From: an uncultured bacterium
Lineage (GTDB): Bacteria > Actinomycetota > Thermoleophilia > Solirubrobacterales > 70-9
Length of the DNA stretch: 64,000 nucleotides
Assembly (NCBI GenBank): GCA_965652565.1
Contig: CBFGWL010000003.1
Span: 22,457-86,456 of the forward strand
Reading direction: 5' to 3'
In this document: one piece after another, positions 22,309-31,204 of the stretch
How the letters are laid out: each line of letters opens with the position of its first letter
How positions within the stretch are numbered: position 1 is the stretch's first letter
The notes under the pieces: generated by a model
Database searches by the model: none
Told to the model about the DNA's origin: nothing
The model's input: only the letters and a program-made list of their open reading frames with translations
Program-made: the position numbers and the translations under genes

Positions 22309-23421
22309 ATGGCGATGCGACTCGTCATGACGCTGCGGGTCCGCGACGAAGCGGACATCTTCGAGGAGAACCTGCGCTTCCATCGCGCCCAGGGAGTCGA
22401 CCGCTTCGTCGCGCTCGACAACGGCTCGGTCGGCTCCATCCGCGACATCCTCGACCGCTGGAGCGACGCCGGCCTGCTGGAGCGCATCTCCAGGCCCGCT
22501 GGTGAGAGCTCGCGCAGGCGCGCGGAGTGGGTCACCCTGATGGCGCGGCGGGCGGCCACCCACCACGCCGCCGATTGGGTCATCAACAACGACGCGGACG
22601 AGTTCTGGTGGCCCCTGCGTGGATCGCTGCGCGACGTGTTCGCCGCGATCCCCGAGCGCTACGCCGCGCTGAGCGCCCCGCGCACGGAGTTCGTCCCGCG
22701 CGCGGGCGAGGAGCCCTGGCCTGAGCGCCTGATCTACCGCGAGCGCCTCTCCAGCACGCTCCCGAAGCGCGCCCACCGCGCCCATCCGGAGGTCCTCGCG
22801 AACCCGCACATGGCCCGCATCCCGGGCGCCGGCGCGCCGTCGCACCGCGGGCGGGCCTGGCTGCGCACGAAGGCGACTCGGCAGCGCCCCAGCGACGTGC
22901 CCGCGCCGGTGCCGCGCTGGCCGGTGCGGGTCCTGCACTTCCCCGTGCGTTCGCTCGAGCAGTTCCGTGCCCGCGTGGAGCGGGCCCAAGCGGCCGGCCG
23001 CCACAGCGGCGTGGCGCGCGCCGGCGAGCTCTACGCGTCACTCGCGGAGGGGACGCTGGAGCGCCGCTACGCCGAGGTCGCCTACGACGACGAAGCGATC
23101 GCGGCGGGCGTGCGCGCCGGCGAGCTCGTTGAGGACTCTCGCCTGCGCGACTTTCTGCGCGTGTGCCCCGGGCTCGACGGGCCGGCTGAGTGGACGCCGC
23201 CCCCGGGTCTCGATCCCGAGCCGGGCGAGGAGACGGAGCTCGCCGACGACGGCCTCGCCGCGCTGCTGCGCGGCGAGCAGCTCGCGGAGGGCCGCCTGCG
23301 CACCGCCAGGCGGCGCCTGCGCCGCCTGGAGCGCGAGCTCGAGCGCGCCCGCGAGACCGACGACACGAACCTCCGCCGGCGCGTTGCGCGCCGGCTGCGG
23401 ACCCGGCGGGATTCACGGTGA
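22309..23421 (+). CDS. GT2-like glycosyltransferase (paralog 2 of 3)
   Basis: MRLVMTLRVRDEADIFEENLRFHRAQGVDRFVALDNGS, NNDADEFWWP and VLHFPVRSLEQFRARV, with an Arg-rich coiled tail. Starts 16 nt after purC. Confidence 0.7.
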   Translation: MAMRLVMTLRVRDEADIFEENLRFHRAQGVDRFVALDNGSVGSIRDILDRWSDAGLLERISRPAGESSRRRAEWVTLMARRAATHHAADWVINNDADEFWWPLRGSLRDVFAAIPERYAALSAPRTEFVPRAGEEPWPERLIYRERLSSTLPKRAHRAHPEVLANPHMARIPGAGAPSHRGRAWLRTKATRQRPSDVPAPVPRWPVRVLHFPVRSLEQFRARVERAQAAGRHSGVARAGELYASLAEGTLERRYAEVAYDDEAIAAGVRAGELVEDSRLRDFLRVCPGLDGPAEWTPPPGLDPEPGEETELADDGLAALLRGEQLAEGRLRTARRRLRRLERELERARETDDTNLRRRVARRLRTRRDSR

Positions 23422-24452
23422 GCCGCAACGTCTTCATCCAGGGAATGCGGCGATCGGGGACGACGATCCTCTACGACGCGTTCTGCGAGGACCCCGAGCT
23501 GCGCTGCTTCTACGAGCCGTTTCGCGAGGAGAACGTGACGCCCGGCGGGGGCAGCGGCGCCCGCGACGGCGATCTGTTCGCGGAGACCCGCAAGCTGCGT
23601 CGCGAGTTCCAACGCACGCAGCACCCGGAGATCCCGCTCGAGCTGTTCAACCACGGCGGGCCCCGGGCACCGGCCCTTGAGCTGCACGAGACGCTGCCGG
23701 CCTGGGGACTCGACTGGATGCGTTTTCTGCTCGACCAGGCGCCGGCGGTGCTCATCAAGCACGTCCGCATGTACCGCAAGATCGGCGTCCTCCACCAGCT
23801 CGATCCCGAGGCCGTGCTCGTGCATCTGGTGCGCGACCCGCGCGCCGTCAGCGCCTCGATGCTCCTGGGCCGCGGGCGCCGGCACCTGTGGCGCTACCCC
23901 GACGCCGACGCCTTCTTCAGCAGCTGGTCGCGGCGCAAGCTGTGGTCGAGCCGCGCCCTCTCCGACGCGCTCATCGCCGAGGGTGCCTACCCAGCGCTGC
24001 AGCACGGCGCCCCGGACTTCATGCGTCCGCTCATCGTCTGGCAGGCGGCCTTCAGCGCGACATACGAGGCGGGCCGCCGGCTCTTCGGGGAGCGCTACGT
24101 GCTCGTACGGCTCGACGATCTGCGCGTCGATCCCGCCGGGACCCTGGCGCGGATCTACGAGCGGCTGGAGCGCCCGGTGCCCGCTGCCGTGGCCGCGTGG
24201 GCAGAGGACAACGTGCGGCGCGACGCCGACATCCCGTTCGGCGACGACCCGCGTTGGGCGGATGCCGCCGAGCTGCTCGAGATGGGCGACGCGCTCGCCG
24301 CCGCGGGCTACGCGGACGCGTTCCCGGCGCCGAGCGGACGGCCCCTCGCGCTGGACCCGCCCGACCACGGCGCGCCGTCGCGTCTCGGCGGCGTGCTGGC
24401 CCGGGCGCGCGCCGGGTTGGACCGGGCGCGGGGGCGGCGTCGTTCTCGCTAG
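23418..24452 (+). CDS. divergent sulfotransferase-fold protein
   Basis: The GTG start overlaps the upstream TGA (GTGA). VFIQGMRRSGTTIL (5'-PSB-like) and HLVRDPRAVSAS (3'-PB-like). Confidence 0.65.
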   Translation: MSRNVFIQGMRRSGTTILYDAFCEDPELRCFYEPFREENVTPGGGSGARDGDLFAETRKLRREFQRTQHPEIPLELFNHGGPRAPALELHETLPAWGLDWMRFLLDQAPAVLIKHVRMYRKIGVLHQLDPEAVLVHLVRDPRAVSASMLLGRGRRHLWRYPDADAFFSSWSRRKLWSSRALSDALIAEGAYPALQHGAPDFMRPLIVWQAAFSATYEAGRRLFGERYVLVRLDDLRVDPAGTLARIYERLERPVPAAVAAWAEDNVRRDADIPFGDDPRWADAAELLEMGDALAAAGYADAFPAPSGRPLALDPPDHGAPSRLGGVLARARAGLDRARGRRRSR

Positions 24453-24477
24453 CCGGGCGCGTCGCTACTTTTGTGCT

Positions 24478-24708
24478 GTGAAAGCGCGCGTTCTGATTCG
24501 TCCGAAGGAAGGCATCCTCGACCCGCAGGGCAAGGCGGTCGAACGGGCGCTCCCGGCGCTTGGGTTCAGCGGGGTGAGCCACGTGCGGGTGGGGCGCCTG
24601 GTGGAGCTCGAGGCCGAGGATGCGTCGCGGCTCGACGAGCTCTGCGAGAAGCTGCTCGCCAATCCGCTCATCGAGGACTACGAGATCGTCGAGCTCCAGG
24701 AGGCCTAG
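24478..24708 (+). CDS. purS: FGAM synthase PurS subunit
   Basis: 76 aa. KARVLIRPKEGILDPQGKAVERAL...NPLIEDYEI. Confidence 0.9.
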   Translation: MKARVLIRPKEGILDPQGKAVERALPALGFSGVSHVRVGRLVELEAEDASRLDELCEKLLANPLIEDYEIVELQEA

Positions 24709-24712
24709 CGAC

Positions 24713-25399
24713 GTGGCTGCGCGCTTCGGGGTGATCCAGTTCCCAGGCTCCTGCGACGAGCGCGACGCGCTCGCGGCCTGCGAGCGCGCCGGCGAGGCGC
24801 GGCTCGTGTGGCATGAGGAGCGGGACCTGAGCGACATCGACGTGGTCGTGGTCCCCGGCGGCTTCTCCTACGGCGACTATCTGCGCGCGGGCGCCATCGC
24901 CCGCTTCGCTCCGGCAATGGAGGCGGTCGCCCGGTTCGCCGCTGAAGGCGGCCCGGTGCTGGGGATCTGCAACGGCTTCCAGGTGCTCTGTGAGGCGGGC
25001 CTTCTGCCGGGAGCGCTCCTGCCCAACGAGAACCTGCGCTTCATCTGCCGTCAGGTAGACCTCGAGGTCGCCTCAACGGACTCGGCGTTCACGTCGGCCC
25101 TCCAGGAGGGCGAGCTGCTCTCGGTCCCCGTCAAGCACATGAGCGGGCGCTACTACGCCCCGGACGAGATCCTCGATGAGCTCGAGGCCAACGGGCAGGT
25201 CGTCCTGCGCTACGCGCCCGGGCAGAACCCCAACGGCTCGGTCCGCGACATCGCCGGCGTGCGCAACGCCGCCGGCAACGTGATGGGCCTCATGCCCCAC
25301 CCCGAGCACGCGGTCGACGAGCTCACCGGCTCCGCCGACGGCCTGCGCCTCTTCGCCTCGGCGGCCGCCAGCCTGCGGGCCGTCCATGCGGCTGCCTGA
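24713..25399 (+). CDS. purQ: FGAM synthase glutaminase subunit PurQ
   Basis: GTG start 4 nt after purS. FGVIQFPGSCDERD, catalytic GICNGFQ and MPHPE. Confidence 0.93.
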   Translation: MAARFGVIQFPGSCDERDALAACERAGEARLVWHEERDLSDIDVVVVPGGFSYGDYLRAGAIARFAPAMEAVARFAAEGGPVLGICNGFQVLCEAGLLPGALLPNENLRFICRQVDLEVASTDSAFTSALQEGELLSVPVKHMSGRYYAPDEILDELEANGQVVLRYAPGQNPNGSVRDIAGVRNAAGNVMGLMPHPEHAVDELTGSADGLRLFASAAASLRAVHAAA

Positions 25400-26300
25400 T
25401 CCGCTCTTTCGCCTGCGCGCGCGTCGGGAGGCCGGCCCGCCGGCGCCGTTCGTGGTCGGCGTGGGCCGCTCCGGGACCACGCTCCTGCGGCTGATGCTCG
25501 ACGCGCACCCCCAGCTCGTCATCCCGCCCGAGACGCACTTCTTGCCGGAGCTGATCGACGCGGCGCGGCGCCGGGCCGGCGCCGAGGAGCTTGCCCGGAT
25601 CGCGGCGGCGAGCCGCCACTGGGGCGACCTCGGGATCACGGCCGCGGACTTCGAGGCGCGCCTGCGCCTCGGTGGAACGCAGCCCGACCGCGCCGCGCGC
25701 GCCTTCTACGAGCTCTACGCCGAGCGCCACGACAAGCCCCGTTGGGGCGACAAGACCCCGGGCTACGTCAAGCGCATGGCGATCATCGGGCGCGCGCTGC
25801 CGGAGGCGAGGTTCGTACACCTGATCCGCGACGGCCGCGACGTGGCGCTCTCGCGGCGGCGGCGCGGGATGGGCGCCGAGCGGCCGATGGCCGAGACCGC
25901 GGCGAAGTGGCGCGACCGCATCCTCGCCGCGCGGCGCCAGGCGCGCCGGCTGCGGGGGCGGTACCTGGAGCTGCGCTATGAGGACCTCGTCGCCGAGCCC
26001 GAGCCCATCCTGCGGCGCATCTGCGAGTTCATCGAGCTGCCCTACGAGCCCGCGATGCTCGCCTACCACCGCACCGCGCGCGAGCGCCTGGCCGAGATGA
26101 ACCGCGACCTGCCGCCCGTCGGCAAGCGGGGCTCGCGCGACGCGGCCGAGCGGATGGCGGCGCACGCGCTCGCGGCCGAACCGCCCCGTCCGGACCGCGT
26201 CAGCGCCTGGCGCAGCGAGATGACCCCCGCCGACGTCGCCGCCTTCGAGGGCGCGGCGGGTAGCCTGCTCGCGGAGCTCGGCTACGACGTGGCATCCTGA
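25386..26300 (+). CDS. PAPS-type sulfotransferase (array member 1)
   Basis: PFVVGVGRSGTTLLRLMLDAHPQLVIPPETHF, RWGDKTPGY, LPEARFVHLIRDGRDVALS and LLAELGY. The ATG overlaps the purQ 3' end by 14 nt. Confidence 0.85.
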   Translation: MRLPDPLFRLRARREAGPPAPFVVGVGRSGTTLLRLMLDAHPQLVIPPETHFLPELIDAARRRAGAEELARIAAASRHWGDLGITAADFEARLRLGGTQPDRAARAFYELYAERHDKPRWGDKTPGYVKRMAIIGRALPEARFVHLIRDGRDVALSRRRRGMGAERPMAETAAKWRDRILAARRQARRLRGRYLELRYEDLVAEPEPILRRICEFIELPYEPAMLAYHRTARERLAEMNRDLPPVGKRGSRDAAERMAAHALAAEPPRPDRVSAWRSEMTPADVAAFEGAAGSLLAELGYDVAS

Positions 26301-26328
26301 GCTCCGCGCGTGACACGCATCTCGAGCC

Positions 26329-27285
26329 ATGGGAAAAGTCCGCTACAGCTTTCGCTATCTGCGTAACCGCCGGCTGCGGGGCCGGGCCGAGCCGGAGTTC
26401 CCGGCGCCCTTCGTCGTCGGCGTCGGCCGCTCCGGCACGACGCTCCTGCGGCTGATCCTCGACGCGCACCCGGAGCTGGCGATCCCGCCGGAGACGCACT
26501 TCATGCCGCAGCTCATCATGCGCTCGGGCCAGCCCTGGTTCCCGCCCCAGCGCGTCGTGAAGCTGATCGTCGAGGACGAACACCGCCGCTGGGCCGACTT
26601 CGGGCTCGACGAGGAGCAGCTGCTCGAGCGGTTCCGCGCGCTGGAGCCGTTCAACCTCCCCGACGCGCTGCGCGAGTTCTACCGCGCCTACGCCGAAAAG
26701 CACGGCAAGCCGCGCTGGGGCGACAAGACGCCCGAGTACGTGCGCCGCATGCGCAGGATCAAGCGCACGCTGCCCGAGGCCCACTTCATTCACGTGATCC
26801 GCGACGGCAGGGACGTGACGCTCTCCACGAACAAGCGCATCGAGCAGCGCGGGCACCGCCAGCCGATCAAGGCGGCGCCGGCCGCGCGCCGCTGGCGCAG
26901 CCGGATCGAGAAGGCGCGAACCGACGGACCGGTGCTGGGCGACTACCTCGAGATCCGCTACGAGGACCTCGTCACGGACACCGAGCCAACGGTGCGCCGC
27001 GTCTGCGAGTTCATCGGCCTCGACTTCGACCCCGAGATGCTGCGCTATCACGAGCGCGCCGAGGAGCGCCTGCGCGAGATGGCCGGGGCGATGCCGGCCC
27101 GCGCCGGCCGTCCGCCGCGCGAGGCGGGCGAGCGCCTGCGCGCGCACAGGATGGCTACCAAGCCGCCGAGCAAGGAGCGCATCGCGCGGTGGCGCGAGGA
27201 GATGGATCCCGAGTACCGCGCCGAGTTCGAGGAGTACGCAGGCGATCTCCTGCAAGAACTCGGATATGACGTCGGCTCCGACTGA
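26329..27285 (+). CDS. PAPS-type sulfotransferase (array member 2)
   Basis: PFVVGVGRSGTTLLRLILDAHPELAIPPETHF, RWGDKTPEY, HFIHVIRDGRDVTLS and LLQELGY. Confidence 0.85.
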   Translation: MGKVRYSFRYLRNRRLRGRAEPEFPAPFVVGVGRSGTTLLRLILDAHPELAIPPETHFMPQLIMRSGQPWFPPQRVVKLIVEDEHRRWADFGLDEEQLLERFRALEPFNLPDALREFYRAYAEKHGKPRWGDKTPEYVRRMRRIKRTLPEAHFIHVIRDGRDVTLSTNKRIEQRGHRQPIKAAPAARRWRSRIEKARTDGPVLGDYLEIRYEDLVTDTEPTVRRVCEFIGLDFDPEMLRYHERAEERLREMAGAMPARAGRPPREAGERLRAHRMATKPPSKERIARWREEMDPEYRAEFEEYAGDLLQELGYDVGSD

Positions 27286-28171
27286 GCGCTCGCCGGCCCC
27301 GTTCGTCGTCGGGTTCGGCCGCTCCGGCACGACGCTCCTGCGGCTGATGCTGGACGCCCACCCAGCGCTCGCCGTCCCGCCCGAGACCGCGTTCCTGCCG
27401 CGGCTGATCCGCGCCTGCCTCGCTGGCGCGAGCCCGGCGGAGGCGCTCGCCCTGCTGCGCGAGCAGCCGCGCTGGGGCGACCTCGGGCTGGACGAGGACG
27501 AGGTGCTCGCGCGCTTCGGAGACGCGCCGCGACTCGACGCGGGACACGCAGCGCGCACGATCTACTCGCTCTACGCGGAGCGCCAGGGCAAGCCCCGCTG
27601 GGGCGACAAGACCCCCAGCTACTTCCGTCGCATGAAGCTCATCGAGGACGCACTGCCCGAAGCGCGGTTCGTGCACGTGATCCGCGACGGCCGCGACGCG
27701 GCCCTCTCGTTCCGGCGCGTCCCGCAGCATATGCGCGCGCGTCCCACGGAGACGATCGCCGAGGAGGCGGCGCGCTGGGCCCGCACGATCCGCAAGGCCC
27801 GCCGCCAGGGCCGGCGCGTGCGGCACTACCTGGAGGTGCGCTTCGAGGAGCTCGTCCGCGACCCCGAGGCGGCGCTGCGGCGCGTCTGCGAGTTCTGCGA
27901 GCTCGATTTCGCGCCCGAGATGCTGAACTACCACGAGCGCTCCGCCGAGCGCCTGCGCGAGATCGAGCGCCCGATGACGCTCGCGACGGGCCGGCGCGTC
28001 GACCCCGCTGACAGGGTGCGGATCTTCGGCCTCACCTCGGAGCCGCCGCGCGCGGAGCGGCTCGAGGTCTGGCGCAGGGAGATGTCGCCGGAGGACCAGG
28101 TCGCGTTCGAGCGCGAGGCGGGCAAGGTCCTGGCGCGGCTCGGCTACCCGCTCGCGGGCGAAGGGCCCTAA
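27266..28171 (+). CDS. PAPS-type sulfotransferase (array member 3)
   Basis: PFVVGFGRSGTTLLRLMLDAHPALAVPPETAF, RWGDKTPSY and RFVHVIRDGRDAALS. Overlaps member 2 by 20 nt. Confidence 0.85.
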   Translation: MTSAPTERSPAPFVVGFGRSGTTLLRLMLDAHPALAVPPETAFLPRLIRACLAGASPAEALALLREQPRWGDLGLDEDEVLARFGDAPRLDAGHAARTIYSLYAERQGKPRWGDKTPSYFRRMKLIEDALPEARFVHVIRDGRDAALSFRRVPQHMRARPTETIAEEAARWARTIRKARRQGRRVRHYLEVRFEELVRDPEAALRRVCEFCELDFAPEMLNYHERSAERLREIERPMTLATGRRVDPADRVRIFGLTSEPPRAERLEVWRREMSPEDQVAFEREAGKVLARLGYPLAGEGP

Positions 28172-28264
28172 GCCGACGCTGCCGCGGCGCGTCTGCCACC
28201 ATAAGCGGCGTCCGCGGCGGCCCCGGCATCGCTCGCCGCCCGCCCTCTACCCTCCTTTTCCTCT

Positions 28265-29203
28265 ATGGCTTCGATTCTTTCGAGACTGATCAGGCGCGAG
28301 CCCGACCGGCCCCCGTTCCCGTTCATCGTCGGCATGAACCGCTCCGGCACCACGCTGCTGCGGATGATGCTCGACGCGCACCCCGAGCTCACGATCCCGC
28401 CGGAGACACACTTCGTCCCGGCGCTGATCAAGGCGTGCCGCGAGCCCGACTGCACGCCCGAGAGCGCGCTCGAGGCGATGAAGTCGGCGCGCGAGTGGGG
28501 TGACTTCGACTTCAGCGACGAGGAGATGCTCGGCCGCCTGCGCGCGCTGCCCAAGCTGCGCCCCGGCCCGGCCGTGCGGACGTTCTACGAGGCGTACGCC
28601 GAGCGCCAGGGCAAGCCGCGCTACGGCGAGAAGACGCCCACCTACGTGCAGAAGATGAAGCTGATCCAGCGGGCGCTGCCCGAGGCCCGCTTCGTGCACG
28701 TCATCCGCGACGGCCGCGACGTCGCCCTCTCCGTGCTCGACCGCACGGTGCGCGACCTGACCGCCGCCGACGTGGCCCACCGCTGGCGCAAGAAGATCCG
28801 CAAGGCGCAGGAGGACGCGCCGGCTCTCCGCCACTACATGGAGGTCCGCTACGAGGACCTGATCCTGGACACCGAGCCCGTCCTGCGGCGCGTCTGCGAG
28901 TTCCTCGAGCTGGACTGGAGCAACGACGTCCTCCACTACCACGAGCGCTCGCCCGAGCGGCTCAAGGAGATGGCCCGCGCGCTGCCGGGCGGCGAGCGCG
29001 CCAAGGAGCTCTCGGTCGAGCGCCGGATGGCGACGCACGCGATGACGACCAAGCCGCCGAGCAAGGATCGCGTGCAGCGCTGGCGCCGCCAGATGACCGA
29101 GGAGCAGCGCCGGCAGTTCGAGGAGGTCGCCGGGGATCTGCTCGCGGAGCTCGGCTACCCCACGGACGAGGCGGTCGACGCCGTCTCCGACGCCCAGTCG
29201 TAG
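28265..29203 (+). CDS. PAPS-type sulfotransferase (array member 4)
   Basis: FPFIVGMNRSGTTLLRMMLDAHPELTIPPETHF, RYGEKTPTY, RFVHVIRDGRDVALS and LLAELGY. No SD is visible upstream. Confidence 0.8.
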   Translation: MASILSRLIRREPDRPPFPFIVGMNRSGTTLLRMMLDAHPELTIPPETHFVPALIKACREPDCTPESALEAMKSAREWGDFDFSDEEMLGRLRALPKLRPGPAVRTFYEAYAERQGKPRYGEKTPTYVQKMKLIQRALPEARFVHVIRDGRDVALSVLDRTVRDLTAADVAHRWRKKIRKAQEDAPALRHYMEVRYEDLILDTEPVLRRVCEFLELDWSNDVLHYHERSPERLKEMARALPGGERAKELSVERRMATHAMTTKPPSKDRVQRWRRQMTEEQRRQFEEVAGDLLAELGYPTDEAVDAVSDAQS

Positions 29204-29264
29204 CGGCCTTGCGCGCGATCGCGGCCGGACGCCCGGCGCGCCCGAGGCTCGCAGGAGCACACGC

Positions 29265-30347
29265 ATGAGGGTCGGCATCGTCACCAAGTGGTTCGCCAGC
29301 GGCCAGGCCGTCGTCTCGCGCTTCATCCGCTCCGCGCTCGACGAGCTCGGGCACGAGACGTTCGTGCTGGCGCGCGAGGGCACGGGCCCGCGCTCGGGCG
29401 TCACCGACCGCCCGCACGACCCCATCTGGGACCAGCCGGGCGTCACGCAGACCGGCGAGAGCGAAGTCCCCTACGCGACGTTCGAGCGCTGGGTGGACGA
29501 GCACGGGCTGGACGTCGTGATGACGGACAACCTGTACCAGTTCGAGGAGCTGCGCAGGCTGCGTGAGCGCGGGGTGCGAACCGTCGGCCGCTTCGTGTGG
29601 GAGCACTTCGCGGAGGAGCACGTGCCCGGCGCGAAGGAGGCGCTCGACGTCGTCTACTCGCTGCACCGCGCCGAGCAGGCCCGCTACGCGGAGTTCGGCA
29701 TCGAGAGCCCCTACGTGACCTGGGGATGTCACCCCGAGCTCGTCGGGGTCGAGCCGGCCCCACGCACCGACGACGCGATCACCCTGCTTCTGCCGGGTAG
29801 CTTCATGGGCCGGCGCAAGCCGCTCGCGGAGGTGCTGGAGGCGTTCTCGCGCACACGCGACGAGCGGCTGCGGCTGATCGTCAAGGGCCAGACGAGCAAG
29901 CGCCAGGGCAAGCTCGAGAAGGCCGCGGCAGCCGATCCCCGGATCCAGATCCGGATCGCCGATGAGCCCACGGCCGACCATCTGCGCTTCGTCGCGGGCT
30001 GCGACGTGTGCCTGGCGCCGACCCGCTGGGAGGGCCTCGGGCTCCCCCTCTACGAGGCGATCGCGTTCGGCCAGCCGGTGATCACCAACGACAACCCGCC
30101 GATGAACGAGGCGATCCTCGACGGCGTGAACGGCCTGCTGGTCGGGGCGAGCCAGGAGGGCACCGCGCGCTCGGGCATCCCGTCGTGGAGCCCCCACGTC
30201 GACGAGCTCGCCGCCGCCATCGAACGGATCGCCGACGACGATCTGCGAAGCCGGCTCGCGGCGGGCGCCCGCGAGCTGCGCGACGGCGAGCGCTCATGGG
30301 CGCGCACCGTGCAGGGCCTGCGCGAGCTGCTCGAGGACCTGGCGTGA
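29265..30347 (+). CDS. GT1/GT4-type glycosyltransferase (paralog 2 of 3)
   Basis: AGGAGC SD. MRVGIVTKWFASGQAVVSRFIRSALDELGHETFVLAR, IWDQPGVT and the EX7E motif in RWEGLGLPLYEA. Confidence 0.82.
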   Translation: MRVGIVTKWFASGQAVVSRFIRSALDELGHETFVLAREGTGPRSGVTDRPHDPIWDQPGVTQTGESEVPYATFERWVDEHGLDVVMTDNLYQFEELRRLRERGVRTVGRFVWEHFAEEHVPGAKEALDVVYSLHRAEQARYAEFGIESPYVTWGCHPELVGVEPAPRTDDAITLLLPGSFMGRRKPLAEVLEAFSRTRDERLRLIVKGQTSKRQGKLEKAAAADPRIQIRIADEPTADHLRFVAGCDVCLAPTRWEGLGLPLYEAIAFGQPVITNDNPPMNEAILDGVNGLLVGASQEGTARSGIPSWSPHVDELAAAIERIADDDLRSRLAAGARELRDGERSWARTVQGLRELLEDLA

Positions 30348-31204
30348 GCGAGCGGGCGCCGGCACCGTTCATCGTCGGCGTCATGCGGTCGGGAACGACC
30401 CTGCTGCGCCTCATGCTCGACGCCCACCCCGAGCTCGCGATCCCGCCGGAGACGCACTTCGTGCCGAAGCTGATCAAGCGCGTGAGCAAGGGCACGAGCG
30501 ACGCCGACGGCGTGCTCGAGGTGATCACGTCCGGCTCGCGCTGGCCCGACTTCCACCTCGACGCCGAGACCCTGCGCGCGCGTTTGCGCGAGCGGGAGCC
30601 GCTCGACGCCGGGACCGCCTTGCGCGTCTTCTACGAGGCCTACGCGGAGCGCTTCGGCAAGGAGCGCTGGGGCGACAAGACCCCGGGCTACGGCAAACGC
30701 CTGCTGCGCATCACGAAGGCGCTGCCCGAGGCTCGCTTCATCCACATCATCCGCGACGGCCGGGACGTGGCCGTGTCCAGGCGCCGCCGCGCCACCGATC
30801 CTGCCCCGGTCGCCAAGCACGCCAAGCGCTGGCAGGCGCGCATCAAGTCCACTCGCCGGCGCGCACAGCGCGTCGACCACTACCTCGAGGAGCGCTACGA
30901 GGCACTCGTGCTCGACCCCGAGCCCGTGCTGCGGCGCGTGTGCGAGTTCATCGAGCTGGAATACGACCCGGTGATGCTGCGCTACCACGAACGCGCCGAG
31001 GAGCGCCTGCGCGAGATCGCGAACCCCTTCGAGAAGATGTCGGCGGAGCGGCGCCTGGAGGCGCACCGGCTGGCCGCGGAGCCTCCGCAGCGCGGCCGGA
31101 TCGGCACGTGGCGGGAGGCGATGAGCCCCGAAGAGGTCGCCGAATTCGAGGCGGCCGCGGGCGCGATGCTCGACGAGCTGGGCTACGAGCGGGCGGGCGC
31201 ATGA
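30344..31204 (+). CDS. PAPS-type sulfotransferase (array member 5)
   Basis: The GTG start overlaps the upstream TGA (GTGA). PFIVGVMRSGTTLLRLMLDAHPELAIPPETHF, RWGDKTPGY and RFIHIIRDGRDVAVS. Confidence 0.85.
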   Translation: MSERAPAPFIVGVMRSGTTLLRLMLDAHPELAIPPETHFVPKLIKRVSKGTSDADGVLEVITSGSRWPDFHLDAETLRARLREREPLDAGTALRVFYEAYAERFGKERWGDKTPGYGKRLLRITKALPEARFIHIIRDGRDVAVSRRRRATDPAPVAKHAKRWQARIKSTRRRAQRVDHYLEERYEALVLDPEPVLRRVCEFIELEYDPVMLRYHERAEERLREIANPFEKMSAERRLEAHRLAAEPPQRGRIGTWREAMSPEEVAEFEAAAGAMLDELGYERAGA

